NCBI GenBank assembly: GCA_013239625.1
Contig: MU053304.1
Coordinates: 1,612,001-1,676,000 of the forward strand
Source: Lama guanicoe
Lineage: Eukaryota
Length of the DNA: 64,000 nucleotides
Direction of reading: 5' to 3'
Shown here: piece after piece, positions 37,777 through 51,305 of the stretch
How positions within the stretch are numbered: position 1 is the first letter of the stretch
Layout of the letters: the number at the start of each line of letters is the position of its first letter
The notes under the pieces: generated by a model
Told to the model about the DNA's origin: nothing
The model's database searches: none
Seen by the model: only the letters and a program-made list of their open reading frames with translations
Program-made: the position numbers and the translations under genes

Positions 37777-39668
37777 TGCAGCACCTGTTTTAGATGACTT
37801 TCAATTTTTATTTCTTGCATCAGCTAAGGAATTGGTAAACTTAATATTTGCTAGAATAGCAGCTTTTAATTCTAATGTGGGATGGCCTTCTCATTCACTC
37901 ATGTGTTTACTTATATTCAGCATATTAATGTTTTATTTCTTGTTACTAAAAAAGAAAATTAAGATGATTCATAATTGTACAAATACCTTGAGAGTTTACT
38001 AATAATTATAGTAAACTTAGAGCTTTTTCAGGACACCTGTTGAATTTATTTAAAATTTTTGATGCTGTAGTAAAGAATTTGGGAAGTTTCCATATTACTT
38101 AAGACAGTCTTAAAGTTGGGAGTGGATTAATTCGTAGTTTTTTTAAGGAACTTAAAGTCAGACCTAATAAAACTATAGTTTTTTAAAGTTCTGCAGTTAT
38201 TTCTGTTTTAAGGGCTAGTATGAGAATCATGGTACAAGGGAAGACATTATCTTGGTTTCAGCAACCGCTGCATTTCTCTTTTAATGGTGTTTCTTGAATT
38301 GCATTAGCCATACTCTCATACCTAGGAAAACAATCATTCAGGACTTCTCTGTTCTCGTTGAAGTTAGTCTGAAGCTTACAGTGGAGATGGAATTAATGTA
38401 TATGACTAATAAGCAGATGGTATGTATTACTATAAATATTTTTGAACACTTTATTTGGAGTCCTAGGTTAAGATTTGGGATTATGAAAATCACAGATGTG
38501 GTCTTGGCCTTGAGTTTATAGTCTCATTAAGAAGGTGGTGAACTTGGGGACAAAAATTAACAGTAAAAACTCTTTGGTTGAGTTTAGATGCCTTATCCGG
38601 TGATGAGCTGTTTGGAACAGAGAATATGGTAAAAATATTACCAAGATATTTCTCCGAGCAGTCGTATTTGTATCCGTGTGTACTTGCCCACATAGAATTC
38701 CAAGTTCAATTCCTTGTTACCTTTCTCATGTGATTTCCATGGTATATATGTATAATATATTTGAATAGTGATCTAAATTAAATTAGCCCAATGGTATGGG
38801 AGATTAATGGCATAATAATAAGAAAAGGCTTCGTGAATAAAAATTGTAGCAACAGCAACTAACCTCTGTTGAATTGTTCTCTCGGTTCAGTGATACTTTT
38901 CAGAGGTTAGCAGGGTCTCCAGAGGGCAGGGATGGGGCTGCCCTGGATGGGGTGAAGATGAACGGAAGAGAGTTGGACATTCTAGACAAGGAGTGTAATG
39001 AGAGTGGATGAGTCTGTATCAGAAAAGGATATAATTTTTCAGTGGCAGAACAGAGTTAACTGTACTGAGTAAATACATTCTGCATTCTGTGCTTATTTTC
39101 TGTTTATTTTAATGAATTCTTTGCCCCATATCTTTACAGAAAGAACATATGCTGTATTCTTCCTATGCTTTTGAGTAACCCTGGGTTATAATTCCAATTG
39201 GGATAACAGCAAAAATAGAAATACAATGGAAAATAAGATGGAATTATGACCCAATTAAAATCTGTGCATACATTTACATGAACATTTTATTTCTCCTTAA
39301 AGTTGGCATTTTTTTTATCATGTAACTTTAGTTTTCATAGAAAATTTTGCTTTTTGGTAGCTCTACACATTTATATATTTTGAAGGAAGTGACATTTAGA
39401 AAGAATCTGGGCTTTGAGGCTAGACATTGTGTTTAAATAACGTCCCGCATATTCTAGTTTTGTGATCTTGAGGAAATTATTTAAACTCTCTGGTGCTTAG
39501 TTTATTTGGGTATAAAATAGGTTGCTGTTAGGGTCTTGCATAAGTCGTATCTACTTGATAAATGGTAGCTTTTTATTTTTATTTATTTTTATTTATAGCA
39601 ATAAAGTAAAAAATGTATGTTAATTTGAATGTTTAGGGGAGGGTTTTACACAATATCATCTTCCAGGA

Positions 39669-39829
39669 CAGGAGTTAGCAAACTTTATTTGCAAGGCGCC
39701 AGATGGTAAATAGGTTTTCTAGTCCAGCTTTTGTAGGGTCAAAGCAGCCATGACTATGTTCTCATGAAACTTTACGAATGAAGTGGTTGGCCAGATTTGG
39801 CCCTGTGGGCTGTAATTTGCCAACCTCTG
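39669..39829. mobile_element. MER58A-like hAT MITE
   Basis: TIRs caggagttagcaaact / aatttgccaacctctg; 8-bp TSD-like TTCCAGGA/CTCCAGAA. Confidence 0.78.
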
Positions 39830-39929
39830 CTCCAGAACATTACTTGCTGCTTTTTACTTTGTTCATAGGAATTTGAAATGCTATGTGTTTCAAAGATGGT
39901 ATGATAATGTCTAAGTGATAAAGGAGTTT

Positions 39930-40170
39930 AGAGTAACTGGCTAAGAGCAAAGTCTGGGATTCAACTTAAATCTTAGCTTGAACAGTATTAGCTGTGTGGC
40001 CATAGGTAAGTCACTTTATTTTGGCTTCTGTTTCACCTTCTGTAAAATGGGAATAATAATAATAGTCCCTGTATCTTAGGTTTGTTGTGAGGATTAAGTT
40101 AGTTAATATGTAAAACTTGTAGAACAATACCTAGTACAGGATGAGTGCTCTGTGTGTTAGCTGTTGTTGT
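39930..40170. mobile_element. MIR SINE
   Basis: gctgtgtggccataggtaagtcactt..ctgtttc..tctgtaaaatgggaataataatagt..gttgtgaggattaa core. Confidence 0.8.
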
Positions 40171-41659
40171 TAGTAACCATTCTTTTTAAGAGGAAGTGTT
40201 TTTATTTTCCCTTCCTTTATTGATAGTCTAAAACGAAGGGTTTGAGAAGATGGGTTTCTTGGATACCATCTTGAAATCAGGTGAGTGGTAGAGTTGCAGG
40301 CTTCAAAGGAGGAGATCACTTGTGAATAATGGGGGACTTTGCAACAAGATAGACTTGGGTTCAGGTTTCCTAGTTGTTTGACTTTGGGCAAATTGCTCAA
40401 TGTGTAAATTATAGAAAATATATAATTTACAGGATTCCTTTGAGTTTTTAATGAGAGTGAGGTGTTGAGCACAGTGCCTGATTAACAGTTAAGTGATCAA
40501 ATAGTAGTTGCTATATTATTTTTTTTATTAGGATATTGGCTCCTGGGAGGAATTTAATCATAGCTTTTATTCTAATAGTTCTTTTAAATGACTTTATTCA
40601 TAATTGGTATAATGTGTAAAGTTACAGTCGTCAGTGTGAATTTATTTTTAAGATATTATAATTTTAGTGTTGATAAATTTAGTAGACAGTTAAAATGTAA
40701 CTTTAAAGATTGAAAGGAAAAATGTCCCTGACCTGTTGTAACACTGAGTATTTTGACGTTTTTTTTTGGAAGGGGCCTATTTCTACATTTGATATAGGTT
40801 CAGAGGTTTATAAAAATGTAAAAGTAGTATGAGGAATATCCCATGTTCCCTTTATCCACTCTCAGTGTCAAGGTTTTTTTGATTGTTGTTGTTAGGAGAT
40901 GAATTTGTTTTCTCTTTTAAAATTTTTTAATCAAAAACTTTATTATTTTTTAAAAGAAATAGATGTGGTAAAATCTGCTGGATGAAGGTCCATATGGTGA
41001 ATTTTTTTTTTCCTTGTGGCTCTTTACCAGTGGTTATACACTTGCTGACTTCTCAGAGTGCTGTGAGTGCACTGAAACGTTCTGTTTCTGACTCTCGGAC
41101 GTCATTAGTGAACATTATACTGAGCCTTAAGGTCCTCATTGGCAATTGGACACTCCTAAATGCCCTGCTTTTTAAGAGACTTTACTTGGTTTGCTTTGTT
41201 CAGTGAGAGCACCCCCCCCCCGGCCATCTCTCCAGTTTTTAATATGTGTTAAGTAGCAAAACTGCTTGCTAGAATTGTGTAGGTAAGTTTAGAGTGAAGG
41301 CTTATGTCACATGGATTTAAGACTGATAATTCTCGAAGCTCAAAGGTATTTTAAAACGTATGTTAGTTATCAGCACTTTTCTCCTTAGTTGAAGGGAATC
41401 AATAAGGCCTTTTCAAATAGATGCCTTAGACTTCTGGTTTCTTAATATAGTAAAATAAGTGAGTACGTTGAATAGCAGTGAGGGCCTGTTGTATACCAGG
41501 CAGACATTTGCAAAACCTTTTGCTCTTAACTTTCAACATATAATACCTTCCTTCTTCCTAAATGCTGTTTTTCCCTTTGCCCTCCATTCCTTAGTGATGA
41601 CTCCTACTGTCTGTACTTGCCTGCTTAAAAAGTCTTAGTAAGAAGACTTAAAACATTTT

Positions 41660-41871
41660 TAAAATTAAACTTGTAATTTTACACTACTTTCAGATTTACA
41701 GAAAAGGTGCAAAGATAGTTTCCCTGTACTCCTCACCCAATTTTTTAAGATCTTACATTAATATATTTGACTTAACTATGAACTCGTGTTGATACATTAT
41801 TACTTCCTAAACTTTGTTTGGATTTCCTTAGTTTTTACTTAACGTCTTTCTGTTCCAGGATCCCATCCAGG
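41660..41871 (-). mobile_element. Old L1 (L1MC-like) 3' end
   Basis: ttcagatttacagaaaaggtgcaaagatagt..tctgttccaggatcccatccagg. Confidence 0.65.
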
Positions 41872-41885
41872 GTGAGCAGCTTTTA

Positions 41886-42001
41886 TTTTATTTTATTTTT
41901 ATTTATTTATTTATTTTCTTAATGGAGGCACTGGGGATTGAACACAGGACCTCGTGCACGCTAAGCATACGCTCTACTGCTGAGCTATACGCCACCTCTC
42001 A
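41886..42001 (-). mobile_element. tRNA-Ala-derived camelid-type SINE
   Basis: ggaggcactggggattgaacacaggacctcgtgcacgctaagcat..gagctatac; 14-bp TSD GTGAGCAGCTTTTA at 41872-41885 and 42002-42015. Confidence 0.92.
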
Positions 42002-43204
42002 GTGAGCAGCTTTTAAAAACTCCTAATTTGGCGGGGGGGCATGTATTCCTGATGATAAAGTACAGGTGATAGTTAAAATCTGAATAAAGGAAAATATAAG
42101 AAAATTAAGAACCATATATAATCTCACCACCCGATAAAACGTTTTTGTGTTTTCTTCTAGCTTTTGTTTTAATAAAAATAAGTCCATGTTTTCCCCCATG
42201 CTATTATGATGAGCATTTTCATATTTCACTGTTAGTTCTTATTAGTTTGCTTTATGTTTACTTAACCATACTTTATCCAATTACCTAATCCTTTGTTAGA
42301 TTTTTAAAAAAACTGTTGTTAATACTGCTTCAAGGAATAATTTTGTCCCTAAAGCCAAGTTTTTAAATGAGATGTCCCCCTCCCTGTGTTTGGTATCAGC
42401 TTGGGGAATGTTCTTACACGTGCATAAGGTACGTGTGTGCTGTGGCAGTCTGTGGGGAGAGGTGGGAGCCTCCTTGTGACTTATAAGTTCCTACGTGGTC
42501 TGGCTCTTGCCCACCTCTTTGACTTCATCTCCTACTTCTTTCACCTTTTCCTGGCTCTTGTTGCCTGGAATGCTCTTCTAGACCTTACCTGGCTGTTGTC
42601 AACATGAGGTCTTGGCTCAGGTGTCAGCCGTCAAAGAGGCCTTACTTGGTCACCTTATCCATAGTAATTCGTTTATCTGATAGGAACATTTCACCTGCAA
42701 GTAATGGAAAACTTGATTAACAGGGTCTTAAGCAGACTGGGGTTTATTTTTCTTCGTAACAGCATAGTTCAGCTGCACAGTGGTTCCAGCAGGGACCAGG
42801 TTGTGTGTGTTTTTCTGCTCTTCCATTCTTAGCAAGTGGTTCTTTTGGATATCAGGTAACTGTCATGGCTTGAAGTCATTATGTTTGTCACATTTGAGGC
42901 AGGAAATAGATGAGGTCTTTTTCTTATCCAGCAAGAAAAAGTATTCCTAGAGGGTCACTAGCATATCTTACCATACTTCTTATTGAGGAGAACTAGGTCA
43001 TAACTCTGGCAAAAATACAATAGTATTGGTATTTTTATACAAAGGTATGTTAGACCAGTCGCTTTTAAACTCTTTGGATCTGCAATCCATGGTAAGAAAT
43101 GCCTTAGTTTGCATCACCAGTAGATGAATGTAAGTAACTGAAATAAATTTCAACTATTACACATGCTATTTTCTCTTCTCTATTTTGTTTAAAACTTCTT
43201 CTAA

Positions 43205-43635
43205 CATGGAGGAGTCTTAATCTTTTGTGGTAAGGACCCTTCAGCTCCCTGAGGCTGTAGATTCCTCAAAGTAATATTTTGAAACTCATGAAGTCAATGC
43301 ATAAGATAAAACCACAAATATATCAGAATGTTAAAATCTAGCTCTCAAACTGTTAAACCAGTCTGTTGTAATGTGGTAATATGTTTATTAGCAATAACAT
43401 GATCTAGCAGGTGTTCGAAGTAGTGATGAGAGTGAATGATATTTTGAGGTATCTGTAACAATTGTAATGTGATATGATAATATCTGTGATTTCTCTTGAT
43501 ACAAAGTCAAAGGTACTGCCAGTAATGTGGTTTGTTGCCTGTTCATGACAGAAGGAAATGTTAAATTTCAGTTAGAGGTAGTGAAATTATTTTTTCAGTC
43601 CCAGTTTATGAACTCTGGATTATGAACCTCTGGTT
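43205..43635. mobile_element. Old hAT-Charlie-type DNA transposon remnant
   Basis: ggagtcttaatctttt..ggaccc; ctgtgatttct..caaagtcaaaggtactgc..gaaggaaatgttaaatttcagttagagg..aacctctg. Confidence 0.5.
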
Positions 43636-44545
43636 TAAATTGCTTTCAAGGCTCTAATTTTGCAGTTTAAGGAAAATACTGGCTTTGGCTCAATCAGGAC
43701 TCACCCCATAGGGCCGGAGGAGCAGCTTACTTCCTTGTTAGTGAAGGGATTTGTAACCCCCTGTAAGGCAGGCTTCTTTTATCAGGGTAGGGGGGTGGGG
43801 GTGGTGGAGGGGGTCTGGGTAGGGAACACTATCTTCTACCTTCAACTAACTGTAGTTTGCCCATCCTTTATTCTCCTGATTGCTTAATTTTCCTCACAGT
43901 ACTTCTAATTTGCTGTCTGTCTGCCTCCCCTAGTAGAATATAAATTCTGAAAGCGGGGAGACTGTCTTATTTGCCCCTTTCTCCCAAGGCCTAAAACCTA
44001 TGAAGTAGGGTAATCAGTAAATATTTGTTAAGTAAACGAGTAGCTGGGTAAGACCTGGCACTCCTGTGTCAGCTAACAAGTCTGTGCCTGGATGTCCCCT
44101 CATTTCCCTGCCTTTCTGTAAAACAGGTGCAACTGATAGGAAGGCTTAAAAGTGAGAGAATTTCTGTAAAGTCACTGCTGTGAAGTGCTATACAAATGAG
44201 ATGTTTTTTCCTTAATGGAAGGGTGTAAAATGACTTGTGTTCATGTGGTCCCCACCTTGCATTTTTAGAAGTGTGGCTGTATCTCAAATAGTTTGTAAAC
44301 CAGGACCAGAGATACATATTTTTTAATTTGTATAAGAAGGAATACGAAGAAAATTACTCTCAGGAAAGAATTATAGTCTAAGGACATTAATCTAAGTCTC
44401 CCTAGAGTTAGCATTTTACACCCCGTCTTTTTTTTTTTTTTTTTACCTTAAAGGCAATCTTACTTCCCTTCAGCTGGCATTCTTCTTTTTAAAGTGAGTT
44501 GACTTAAAATACAGCAAACTTGATCAATGAAAATGGTGAAAGAAT

Positions 44546-44629
44546 TGGGTGCTATCGTTAATTTTTTGTTTTAAGTTGATGATTAACTGGGTGCTGTCGT
44601 TAATTTTTTGTTTTAAGTTGATGATTAAC
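44546..44629. repeat. Tandem duplication, 2 x 42 bp
   Basis: TGGGTGCTRTCGTTAATTTTTTGTTTTAAGTTGATGATTAAC twice, 1 mismatch. Confidence 0.95.
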
Positions 44630-45239
44630 CACATAAAGTTTTTTTTAAAACGTTATTCCTGCCTTATCAGTGCCTTTTGCATTATTGGAGCATAAACATC
44701 TGTTGATAAAATACATTTTTTTCTGGTCCACGAACTGTCTTGAATATCTACTTCTCAGTCTTTAGGTTTAGTTAAAAAATTTAGTTAAAAGGTAAACTAG
44801 TACTTGCTTAAATTCATCCCCCAACATTAGAAATTGTGGAATTTAACAGTAAAATGTTAGTTCCTCTGTTGAATACTTCTGGTTTTCATTTTATTTTTGT
44901 ATGTAATGGACTGAAGGGGAGAAGCTGTCATTAGTTTGGAGTAGAGAATAGAAAGATGTGGTGTAAGAAGTAAAGAAAGCAGATTATCAGTGAGGTTTAG
45001 TAACTGACCTTAGGAAATGCACCCCGCTGTGTTTAGGCGTCTTTTTATTCTTAACAGATGATGATTATTTATCTTTAAAATGTTAGTTGGTTTACAGTAC
45101 CTCCCAATACCTGTTGGGGCAAGAGTCTGGCATATCACACTTCGCTGGCATATTTGAAGGTCTAAAAGCAAATAGATTCAAGTTTTTCCTTTTTATATGG
45201 TACTTTGGAAGGCAGGAAACATTTTTAGAGCAAAGTAAG

Positions 45240-45395
45240 TTTTTTTTTTTAAACAGCTTTATTGAGATGTAATACATATGCCAGGCAGTTCACCCATTTA
45301 AAGTGTATAATGTGTTTAATATTCTCAGAGTTGTGCAGCCGTCACCACTGTCTGATTTCCTAACGTTTTTATCACTCCAAAAAATAAACCATCTA
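45240..45395 (-). mobile_element. L1MB-like 3' end
   Basis: tttaaacagctttattgagatgtaat..ttcacccatttaaagtgta..gagttgtgcagccgtcaccac. Confidence 0.75.
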
Positions 45396-47295
45396 CTTGT
45401 TGGATTCTACAAACATTCAGGTTAAGTTTTAGAATTGACAACTCCATTGTGATGTGCTGTCTTCCTATTAGTTAAAATCTAATCTTCCCTACCCCGCCCC
45501 TCCAGTCTGGCCCCATTGTGTAGTGTGGGACTACCAATGCAAACTGCCTGTTACTTGGGTTTCTCCTCCTTGGAGGGCACGTGCCTTTTGGCAGCTTTGA
45601 CTTACTCTTTCCACTTACAGTTACTGTTATTTGAATTGAAACATCCTGCTAACTAGAAAATATGCTTATTTGACTGTGTTAGTGTCACTTGATAAAGGCT
45701 GGATAGGAAATTGTCCTTGGAAAATGGCAGGTTCACTTCAGAACCAACTCAAGGGTGATGGTTTGCCTTGGCAGGGAGCAACTTCTCAGTTTTTGATAAT
45801 CCACGGTTGTAGAAGCCCAACTAACAGGTAGAAATAACATTTATGATTGGCTCTTACAAACTTCTGCCCATTTTTTTTTTCTTACTTAGAAGTTTATATG
45901 GAGTGTTTTGCTCTCAAAGCCCTATTAGCACTTTCTGCATTATTATATTTGGTCTGCAGTTTGAATGGAAGAGTTTAGGTGTGAATTGTGTGTTTGGGTT
46001 GTCTTTTGTCATTTTAATTGTTGAGGTGTTGTCTGGCTTTCCTCTCAGAACCATCTCCAGCTATTTCCTGTTTGTTCATTCATTCATTCATGCCTGCATG
46101 CATGCCCCTAGGCCTTTCTTAAGCTGTTTCTCTGTATGGAGCACTTCTTTTGCATCCCATTCCCAAAGGCTACCTTTTTTCCAGGCACATACTTTTTTAA
46201 TCCGTAGAGTTTTCATATTTCCACCCCTGGGAGGTGTATTGCCTTCCTCAGGGCTTGGGTTGCTCTTGTGTAATAGTAGTTAAATAATCTGTCACCTTTT
46301 ACTCTAGTTGTTTGTTTACAGTTTGATATTTGAGCTCTGAGCCTCTGAGTTCCTTTAAACCTTGCTTGCATCCTACCCAAGTCTCTTAACATCACTGCTC
46401 ACCTGTGAGTTGTCTTTAAAAGAAGACCAGGGCTAGCTGACATCTCTGCACAGCACATGATGGAATCTTCCCTAACCCTTTTGGCTCTTCTAGTCAATTC
46501 TTGCTGGTTTTTTGTGATTTTTTTTTTTTCAGAATAAACTTAACTGTCATTTTTTTACATTTTGAAAGTGTAGCATACTTTCTGCTTCTACCTCTCCCTC
46601 TAGTTTATTTTTTTGGTTTTTAATTTGTTAGAAATGATTGAGCATAGAAATTTGGTGGCTGTGGTTTCGTTCAGTTCTTTCTCTTGTTTGATAAAGTCGT
46701 ACTTATATTAGACATTTCATCTTAATACTGTTCTTTAAATGTTAATGAAGAATGGAGAAGAAGTTACTAAATATTATGGTTTCTTAATAATGATTTTAGT
46801 GTATTCAGTAATACTATTTGGTACAGTTTTTAGAGTGGAACCTTATTTTAGTGATACTATATGTGTTATCACGGAAAATGTTGATTTTTTAAAAATTTAT
46901 ATGATATACTACAAGTGGAAAGTTGTAAACTGGGTTTGATGGGTATGGATTTATCCTTTTAAAGGGCAGTGTAATAGAAAATTGGTCCAGGGGTCAGGAG
47001 ACTGCTAATCTGATTTTAAGCTTAGATACTTGAGCGTGGATGAATTTCCTTTGAATCTCTCATCTTCTATTAAATATGAGTAAATTTGTTCTTGCTTTAA
47101 TTCTGGGGTTGTTAGAATTAAAGAGACGCCTGTCAGAATACAAAGTATTTATATAGAACAATATACAAAGACTTAATAGTTTTATCTTTGTTATTGGAGA
47201 AAATATTGACTCTCCCTGAATGAGTCAGGTTTAAAAGAACAGCAGTGCCACAAATTTGAAACATAAAGAGTAGGATTTAAAAAATGCAGACATTG

Positions 47296-47411
47296 GGGAG
47301 AGGGTAAAGCTCAGTGTTAGAGTGCATGCCTATCATGCATAAGGTCCTGGGTTCAATCCCCAGTACCTCTGTTTAAAATAAAATAAACCTTAATTACCAC
47401 CCCCTCAATAA
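47296..47411 (+). mobile_element. tRNA-Ala-derived camelid-type SINE
   Basis: gagggtaaagctcagtgttagagtgcatgcc..ggttcaatccccagtacc; 17-bp TSD AAAAAATGCAGACATTG at 47279-47295 and 47412-47428. Confidence 0.92.
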
Positions 47412-48259
47412 AAAAAATGCAGACATTGATTGGACACGTTTGAGATCAACTGCCCACCTGTGTTCAATGAAATCTCTAAGGATGAAATCAGACAGCTGGG
47501 CTTTAGGAACAGTGAACGGAAACCAACAATTTGGATACCTGTTGTCTCTGTTGTGGTATGTCTGCTTTATTTATCTGTCTCGAGACTGCTGCCTAACGTG
47601 GCTGTGTTAAACATAGCCATGATGATGCCAGACTTAATGCCTAACAACCTAGGTACCCAAAGAGTCTTGGGGAAGGACTGATTGATCTATCGTAGGTAAT
47701 TTGCAGAGCATTGAATGCTAGTTAACCTGTGGTTGGTGTAGTGAAATATGGGAACTTGTCATGTAGTAAGTATGTGACAGCTTGCATAGGCTCCATGGGA
47801 ATACAGTGGACAGAAAGAGGCAGATGGGTATATAGCGTATTACGAATGATTGTCTGATACAAGGAGTTTATTTTCCTTTCATGCTGAATTTTTGCTTCAG
47901 TATTATGCAACTGCGTGAGTGTAAATATATAATGTAACAGTTGTGGCATCGATAGGGAATTTCTTAGAGAAAACAAGACTTCAAACACTTTATTGTACTT
48001 GTAGTAGCATCCAGTAAAATGTCTTAATTTTGCAAAATGCCATGGAGCTCTTCGGAGTTGAAATATGTAGAACTTTGAGAAATTTAAGGCAAGAAGATTT
48101 TGTAAAACTTGAAGAGACAACTTTTCAGGTAAACCTTGTGGGAGCAAGTGCGGGATAATGAGTTAGGGGAAAATCAAGTCACAACCTTGCTGATGGATAG
48201 TGAACTTTGAGTTAATTGCCATTTGGCTGGTAATATTTAGGTAGTTACTCTAGATGTGT

Positions 48260-49880
48260 GTTTACTTTCCAGCAATGGGATTTTTTGGTTGTCTTCTTTT
48301 GCTATTGATTTCTGTTCATTGTGGTCAGAAATATGCTCTATGATTTTTTATTTACTTTGAGGCCCAGTATATGAGTAGTTTTTGTGAATATTCTTTATGT
48401 ACTTGAAAAGAATATGTATTTACAGTTGTCCATTTAACTCTGTTGCTAACGGTCTTGTTCACATTATCTGTATTTTTACTAATTTATTTTTTGGTTAATA
48501 TCAGTTACAGAGAGAGGTGTTTTAAAAATCCATTCTGGGTTAGTATATTTTTAGATTTTTAAGATTTTAAAAACTTACTAAGAATTGTTAGCTTCCTGAA
48601 TTGAACCTTTTATCATTATTAAGATACCCTTTTTATCTCTAGTGATGTCTTTTTAAAAATTTATAAAGTTATTTTTTTTTTGATACTAATATAGCCATAC
48701 CGGCTTTCTTGTCTACTTGTTTGCCTGAAATTTTTGTCTTCTTTTCTTTCTGTATCCTTGTGTTCAGATCTCTCTTGTAGTTGAAATGTTTTAAAAATCC
48801 AGTTTGATAATCTTAACTAGAGATTGAGTTTTTACCATTTTATTTTTTTAATTTGTTGCTTTCATTCATAGCTAACAAGGCCTATAATTAACTGGTACCT
48901 TTACTCCTTGTGGAAAAGACAAAGATGTAGAATAGTAATTCAGTCTACCAAGCTTCTCTTGAGTTTAAAATACTGTTGTACTTTAATCAGTTTTTAAAAC
49001 CTAACTGGATAGTATAATTTCATAGAATTAATGTTGATTTACATTTGTCTTTGTCACCATTATTTCTTACTGTATCTGGAATCACTTTTGTGGCTGGTGG
49101 GAAAACTCTTATCAGTTCATTTGGTGTAGAATTCTCAGATAGATTGGCACCCATCTTTAGTGAGCTGGAGAGACTGTAATTCCACTGTCTCCCAGCTTCT
49201 CTTGTTGCTGTCCACTAACAGCCCCCAAAAAATAATGACCTCCTTCTTCTTAGGCTTTAAGATTTTCTCTATTTTTGGTACCTTGTAGTTTCACTATGAC
49301 ACGTCTATACGTAAATGTCTTTTTATTTATCTTGAACTTATGAGTTGGCGTCTTAACACTAGTTCTAGAAAATTCCCAGCCACTAAATATTTAGATGTAT
49401 GCCTCTGCCACGTCTTCACTCTTGCACTTCTGAAATTCTGGTTAAACGCATGTTTGATCTTCTTGCTTTATCCTCTGTATTTTAATCTTCTTGTCTTTCT
49501 GTGCTGCGTTCTGCATCATTTCTTCTACTCTGTCTCATGCTTTGCTCACTTTCTTCTTTGTCTAATACATATGCTGCCAGACCTGTCTGTTGAGCTTTAT
49601 TTTATTTTTCATATTTGAAGTTCTGTTTGTTTCTTTTTCAAATCTGGCACTTTTATAGTTCTTCTGTTTTCTTCACCTTTTTCAAGTTTGTCCTTTAGAT
49701 CTTTAAACATAGTAAGCATTTATCTGTCTGACAATTCTCATATCTGGAATCTGTGTGACTGTTTCTGTTTTTCCAAGTTCTTGTTCATGGTGCCTTGTTT
49801 ACTTAGTGCTTTTCACTGTCCTTTGTTTATTTGTAGAGTTTTCATGAGGCCTGGAGTAAAGGTGCCTTTTGCTTCATTTA
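48260..49880 (-). mobile_element. Ancient L1 fragments
   Basis: cattgtggtcagaaata.., tgtacttgaaaagaatatgtatt, ttgaaccttttatcatt, tgatactaatatagcca, taagattttctctatttttgg..gtttcactatga. Confidence 0.6.
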
Positions 49881-49902
49881 AGTATTTAGGTGCACTAAGA
49901 TC

Positions 49903-50052
49903 TTGCTACTCAAAGTCTGGTCCTCAGACTGGTAGAGGAGCTTGTTAGAAACGCAGTACCGCAGGTCCCATATCTGTATTTTAATAAGAATCTGCATTTT
50001 TTAACAAGATGCCTAGGTGATTCTTAGGCATACTAAATATTGAGCGGCACCG
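49903..50052. mobile_element. MER5A hAT MITE
   Basis: gctactcaaagtctggtcc..gagcttgttagaaacgcag..gaatctgcatttt..aacaagatg..aggtgattc. Confidence 0.75.
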
Positions 50053-50328
50053 AACTAAGAGATTTGTAAGATTTGAAATACCCTGGCTTGAAGTTTCTTG
50101 GATCATCTAGATTATTCAAAATATGATTACAAATCTTGGCCGTGAATGTATCAGTTTTTTAGGTTTTAGCTTCATGAATTGATAAAGAGTTTAGAGTTCC
50201 AAACTCTAAAGAGAGTTTGGAATAAAATTAAGATTTTGAGTATTTGGACTTTGGAGAGGAGTGGGAAGAGCTTCAAGCAAAAGTGATCAACGTCATTTGT
50301 CATTGGGGAGTTAACAAGTGTTCCACAG

Positions 50329-51305
50329 ACCCATCAGAATGGCTGAAACTTAAAAGACTGACAGCACCATGTTTGGCAAGGTTATGTAGCAACGGGAGCT
50401 TTTATACTTATTGATGGCATTGTAAAATAGTATAGATGCTTTGGGAAAAGGGCTGGTGATTTCTTTAAAACTTAACCTTCCTGATGTTATGGTGATCCCA
50501 CTCTTAGTATATACTCTAGGCAAATAAAGGCGTATGTCCATGGAAGGACTCATAGAAGGATGCTTGTACCACCTTTATTCTTAATGGCCAAAACCCAGAA
50601 ACAGTCAAGGTGTCCATCAGCAGAAGAACGGGTAAACAATGAGATACAGTCATACAGTGGGATACTACTCAGCAATAAGAATGAATACACTCGGCCACCT
50701 GAGTAAATCCCATGATATCATAGTGAGTCAGAGAAGTTTCATACAAGAGTACATACACTTTGGTTCCATTTATAACAAATTGTAGAGCAAGTAAAACTAA
50801 TCTCTGGTGAGAAAAATCAGAACAGTGGTTTTAAGACAAGTTGGGAGGAGAAGTGCAGGGATGAACAGAGAAGCACAAGGAAGTTTTCTTGCGTGACATT
50901 CTGTATCTTGAGAAGGATTCAGGTTACACAGGTGTATGCATTTGTTAAAACTCACTGAATTTTATACTTAGGATTTGTGCATTTCACTGTATGTAAACTT
51001 ACCTGAAAACATAACAAGAGTTGAACACTAGTTAATGATACACACAGTATAGTGATATCTGTAGCTTACTTTGAAATGCATCAAAAAAAAAAATAGGTTG
51101 GCTATTTGGCCAGGGAGAGAGGGGATGATGCATAGGTGAGTAGATATGGATACGTATATGCTATGTGATAAAGGAAGTGTAACTAACACTAACACGCTGT
51201 TACTTATAAAAGCTAGCTCACGGAGTTAGGGGATTTATTGAACAGCTCTTAGGTCTTTTATTTTTTTTTCTTTTGATTTTGAAAATTTTCATAAAAAACT
51301 GGGGA
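50329..51305 (+). mobile_element. Old L1 (L1MC-like) ORF2 end and 3' UTR
   Basis: acccatcagaatggctgaaa..tgtccatcagcag..tactactcagcaataag..aaaactaatctctggtg..ttgtgcatttcactgtatgtaaa..ttactttgaaatgcatcaaaaa. Confidence 0.8.

Noticed and set aside
45843..46283. 146-aa hydrophobic ORF
   Set aside because: The F/L/S/V bias reflects T-rich intron sequence, and it includes an L2-type cattcattcatt tail; no homology recognised.
47619..47681. Possible C/D box snoRNA (ATGATGA..CTGA) beside a short hairpin
   Set aside because: Poor terminal stem, no rRNA complementarity that I recognise, and far from any 3' splice site; the motifs are expected by chance.
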